This document shows, piece after piece, positions 61,312 to 64,000 of a stretch of 64,000 nucleotides of DNA (the stretch's first letter is position 1; each line of letters begins with the position of its first letter). The DNA lies in NCBI GenBank assembly GCA_963558405.1, contig CAUWGC010000005.1:833-64832 (forward strand), given 5' to 3'. Under the pieces are notes generated by a model that was not told where the DNA came from, searched no databases, and was given only the letters and a program-made list of their open reading frames with translations. A program made the translations under genes and the position numbers. Origin of the DNA: an uncultured Clostridia bacterium (GTDB lineage: Bacteria > Bacillota > Clostridia > TANB77 > CAG-508).

Positions 61312-61593
61312 TCATTTTTTAAATGAACCCGCTATACATTTATTAAACATATACATTTCTACTTTCACTATTTGATTTTGTGCTACATCTTTATTAACTA
61401 TAACGTTATATCCTAAACCTTGGTATTCAATTGTTTTATTAGTTGAATCATCTTCCTTAACGGTTATTGCAAATATTGGCTCTTTTAAATTAGCACATCT
61501 ATTATAGTCTATAAAAAATATAACTAAATATAGAGCAAATATTACAACTACTATCCCTATTAATATTTTTAATTTTTTATTCATAAATACCAC
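61312..61593 (-). CDS. Small membrane-anchored protein (93 aa); possibly the 5-prime part of the following gene, separated by a frameshift
   Basis: N-terminal TM helix KILIGIVVVIFALYLVIFFI; its stop overlaps the start of the open serpin-like frame. Confidence 0.4.
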   Translation of the reverse strand: MVFMNKKLKILIGIVVVIFALYLVIFFIDYNRCANLKEPIFAITVKEDDSTNKTIEYQGLGYNVIVNKDVAQNQIVKVEMYMFNKCIAGSFKK

Positions 61594-61607
61594 CTTTATC
61601 CTTTCTA

Positions 61608-62519
61608 TTATTTAGACGTTTTTTTCTTTCTTTTTAGTTGGTATTTTGTTAAATAAATGGAAAATATTATTGTAATTATTAAAAATACTGCTGAAAAGCT
61701 TAGTATCGCTATACTATAATAATTGATATTAACTACTTGTTCTGTAACTATTGTTTCTTTATCTATACTTTCTTCATGTATTTCATTTATTATATTTTCA
61801 ACTTTTTCTTGTGTAGTATTTTGTCGCTCTTCATTTTCATTGTTATTTTCAAATTCGCCATCACCTTTTATTGTATTATCATCTGCATAATCTACTGTAC
61901 TATTCGTTAGTTCTGTGTCCATATTAGCAGCATTTTTAGGTACTAATAATGTTTTTACTCCAATAAAAAATGTAATTATAAACATTCCTAAGTTAGTTAA
62001 TAATATTTTTAATGTATGTACAGCTTTATAATATCTCCATTTTATGGTAGCTATTGGTTCATTTAATATATTAGCTATATCTTTAAATGATAAGTTTCCT
62101 ATTATTTTTAAAGAAACAATTTCTTTTTCTTTATCGTTTAATTTTTCTATTAATTTATTGTAACTATAATTGTTTACTATGTTATCTATTTCGTTGTTAG
62201 TATCTTCTATATCATATATTAAATCAATATCTATCATATTAGTTTTCTTTCTAAGTAATGTAATTGATTCATTTTTTGTTACAGTATATAACCAACTTGC
62301 TTCATTTTTATTTGGAAGTTTGCTTTTATCCATTTTGTATATTTTTGAAAATACTATTTGTACCACATCTTCAGAATCTTCTTTATTTTTTAATATTGTA
62401 AAAGCAATTTTGAAAATTAGCTTATTATAGTTCTCATATAATTTTTTAAAACTATTTTCTTTATTATTTTTTAAACTATTGATTGTCTCTTTTAAATCTT
62501 CTTTATCAATATTTACCAT
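61608..62519 (-). CDS. ECF-type sigma-70 family factor with C-terminal two-TM extension (membrane-tethered sigma or sigma/anti-sigma fusion)
   Basis: Region 2 (VQIVFSKIY...ASWLYTVTKNESITLLRKK) and region 4 (LSFKDIANILNEPIATIKWRYYKAVHTLK) are followed in the same frame by TM helix GMFIITFFIGVKTLLV, a 65-aa acidic segment and a second TM helix YYSIAILSFSAVFLIITIIFSIYL. Confidence 0.65.
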   Translation of the reverse strand: MVNIDKEDLKETINSLKNNKENSFKKLYENYNKLIFKIAFTILKNKEDSEDVVQIVFSKIYKMDKSKLPNKNEASWLYTVTKNESITLLRKKTNMIDIDLIYDIEDTNNEIDNIVNNYSYNKLIEKLNDKEKEIVSLKIIGNLSFKDIANILNEPIATIKWRYYKAVHTLKILLTNLGMFIITFFIGVKTLLVPKNAANMDTELTNSTVDYADDNTIKGDGEFENNNENEERQNTTQEKVENIINEIHEESIDKETIVTEQVVNINYYSIAILSFSAVFLIITIIFSIYLTKYQLKRKKKTSK

Positions 62520-62606
62520 TTTGCATCTCCTCTGTCATATATATACCATACAACATAAAAAAAAGAAAGACTAGATTTTTAATATCTAATCTTTTTGAAT
62601 ATTTTT

Positions 62607-62689
62607 TGGTACCGATGGTGGGACTCGAACCCACATGGTTTCCCGCCAGATTTTGAGTCTGGTGCGTCTGCCAGTTCCGCCACATCGGC
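62607..62689 (-). tRNA. tRNA-Leu (anticodon CAA) with long variable arm
   Basis: Minus-strand GCCGATGTGGCGGAACTGGCAGACGCACCAGACTCAAAATCTGGCGGGAAACCATGTGGGTTCGAGTCCCACCATCGGTACCA; anticodon loop CTCAAAA; CCA encoded. The ORF-track call 62506..62691 is this tRNA. Confidence 0.85.
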
Positions 62690-62832
62690 ATTTTTACTTT
62701 AGCTATATTATCACACTTTTCTACTCTTGTCTAGTGTTTACTTGCAAAAATCTTGATTTTGTGGTTTAATATATATACTTCACTTTTGAAGAAACCTTAC
62801 CACTTTGATTTAACATCTAAGGAGGAATGAGT

Positions 62833-63246
62833 ATGGGATTCGATGAATTAGGAACCTGTCCATTCAATAATATTAATCATTTAACTTACAAGTTTGGTGG
62901 TCAAATTTCACCAACATTTGAACTTGTAAAGGAAAAGTTAAGAAATTTGCTTCCTAATATGGTGTACGAAGAGGGAAAGTTTGATTCCATTACAGACTGC
63001 TTGGCAGTCAAAGTCTTTACTCAGACAACTAATTTAAATGTAGCTCTTGCTGATACAGTTTATCGTTTATATCAGAACATGTATCACCATACAGAACTAT
63101 GGGGAAGAAAAAACAAGATTATACTCAGTGACCGCGAGATACCACTTAAGTTTTCTGGAAAGTTTTATTCTTTCCGGCAAGAAGGTTATATTGTGGAAGT
63201 AGGAGTTGTAGGTACACATATTGCAATTCACTTTCACTTAGATTAG
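62833..63246 (+). CDS. Hypothetical protein (137 aa)
   Basis: ATG at 62833 with GGAGG 7 nt upstream; followed by a terminator. Confidence 0.55.
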   Translation: MGFDELGTCPFNNINHLTYKFGGQISPTFELVKEKLRNLLPNMVYEEGKFDSITDCLAVKVFTQTTNLNVALADTVYRLYQNMYHHTELWGRKNKIILSDREIPLKFSGKFYSFRQEGYIVEVGVVGTHIAIHFHLD

Positions 63247-63252
63247 TTTTAA

Positions 63253-63288
63253 AACAGCCTCTATGGTAAGGGGAGGCTGTTTTTTTAT
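63253..63288 (+). terminator. Rho-independent terminator
   Basis: AACAGCCTC-loop-GAGGCTGTT followed by TTTTTTT. Confidence 0.65.
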
Positions 63289-63297
63289 TGCTTATTA

Positions 63298-64000
63298 TTA
63301 TTTTATTTCATTTAAAAAGCTTTTTCCCCATTTAAGTATTGGTAAATTAAAATATTCTAATATGGTAGCAGAAATATCAGAATAAGTTTTTCTTATTCCA
63401 AGTTCTACTCCACTATTAAGATTTTTACCATACACTAAAATTGGAATATATTCTCTTGAGTGATCGGTACTTGGTGTACTTGGATCATTTCCATGATCTG
63501 CTGTAATAATTAGTATATCATCTTGTTTTAAATTTCCCATTATTTCTGGTACTTTAGAATCAAAATACTCTAATGCTTTTTGATATCCAACTATATCATT
63601 TCTATGTCCATATAGCATATCAAAATCTACTAAGTTAGTAAAAATTAGACCTTCTGTATCTTTTTTTATTTCTTCTATAGTTTTATCAATTCCATCTGCA
63701 TTTCCTTCTGTATGAATAGCTCTTGTTATTCCTCTACCACCAAAAAGGTCTTCTATTTTTCCAATAGTAATTACATCATTTCCATTTTCTTTTAGTACAT
63801 CTAACATCGTTCTTCCAAATGTACTTGCTTCTATATCTTTTCTGTTATATGTTCTTACAAAATTGTCTTTGTTACTTCCAACAAATGGTCTTGCTATAAT
63901 TGTTCCTATATTATATTCTGGTTTATCAGCTAGTTTTCTTGCTATATCACACCATTTATAAAGTTTTTCTACCGGAATTATTTCTTCATGTGCTGCAATT
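63298..64000 (-). CDS. deoB: Phosphopentomutase, partial (N-terminus beyond window end)
   Basis: C-terminal region with ITADHGNDPSTPSTDHSREYIPILVYG; frame open to the window edge upstream of the listed Met. Confidence 0.85.
   Translation of the reverse strand, partial: IAAHEEIIPVEKLYKWCDIARKLADKPEYNIGTIIARPFVGSNKDNFVRTYNRKDIEASTFGRTMLDVLKENGNDVITIGKIEDLFGGRGITRAIHTEGNADGIDKTIEEIKKDTEGLIFTNLVDFDMLYGHRNDIVGYQKALEYFDSKVPEIMGNLKQDDILIITADHGNDPSTPSTDHSREYIPILVYGKNLNSGVELGIRKTYSDISATILEYFNLPILKWGKSFLNEIK

Noticed and set aside
62506-62691. 61-aa minus-strand ORF call
   Set aside because: It is the translation of tRNA-Leu(CAA) and its flank, not a protein gene.

Overview
This is an AT-rich (about 27-28% GC) low-GC Firmicutes window that looks like a Clostridium chromosome. 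It is densely coding and almost everything from 1 to about 52.6 kb is on the minus strand. No CRISPR array, rRNA or IS transposase was seen.

(1) Positions 1 to about 15.3 kb read as the right-hand part of an integrated conjugative-element-like accessory block. Reading leftward on the minus strand, the gene order is: 207-aa ORF, frameshifted parA, parB, secreted Cys-rich protein, 1511-aa surface adhesin, GNAT-like ORF, 75-aa ORF, then a giant polyvalent protein gene that runs off the window edge. The adhesin has a thioester-like N-terminal domain, tandem Cna-B-type repeats and a VPKTG sortase signal. The polyvalent protein carries ArdC-like N-terminal, N6-adenine methyltransferase and SNF2/DEAH helicase domains. 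The most unusual item is a complete tnpV-like ORF, with its own Shine-Dalgarno and stop codon, lying in the +1 frame inside an otherwise stop-free linker of the giant gene (5180-5566).

(2) Positions 15.4 to 49.9 kb are housekeeping genes:
- queH fused to a GNAT domain
- two GT-C membrane glycosyltransferases, ruvB, rpiA, a polysaccharide deacetylase
- a frameshifted spoIIP
- hisS, an MBL hydrolase, rel, recJ
- a GT4 glycosyltransferase, tRNA-Thr(GGU), sigH
- yajC, a WG-repeat protein, tgt, queA
- ileS with an Ile T-box leader, then clpX, clpP, tig
- a spermidine-synthase-like membrane protein and a flavin reductase

(3) Positions 50 to 64 kb hold a signalling and accessory block:
- a polytopic AgrC/HPK10-like histidine kinase, paired with a response regulator carrying a Spo0A-type C-terminal domain, with a strongly ribosome-bound W-rich 13-codon mini-ORF between them
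- an XRE regulator, mgtA (P-type Mg ATPase), a zinc-ribbon protein and a DUF368 membrane protein
- a pilin-like LamG-domain protein
- a protein with a serpin-like C-terminus whose open frame abuts a 93-aa ORF
- an ECF-type sigma factor with two transmembrane helices fused in the same ORF
- tRNA-Leu(CAA), and a partial deoB at the window edge

Every call below comes from reading the translations and motifs by eye; no database search was possible.
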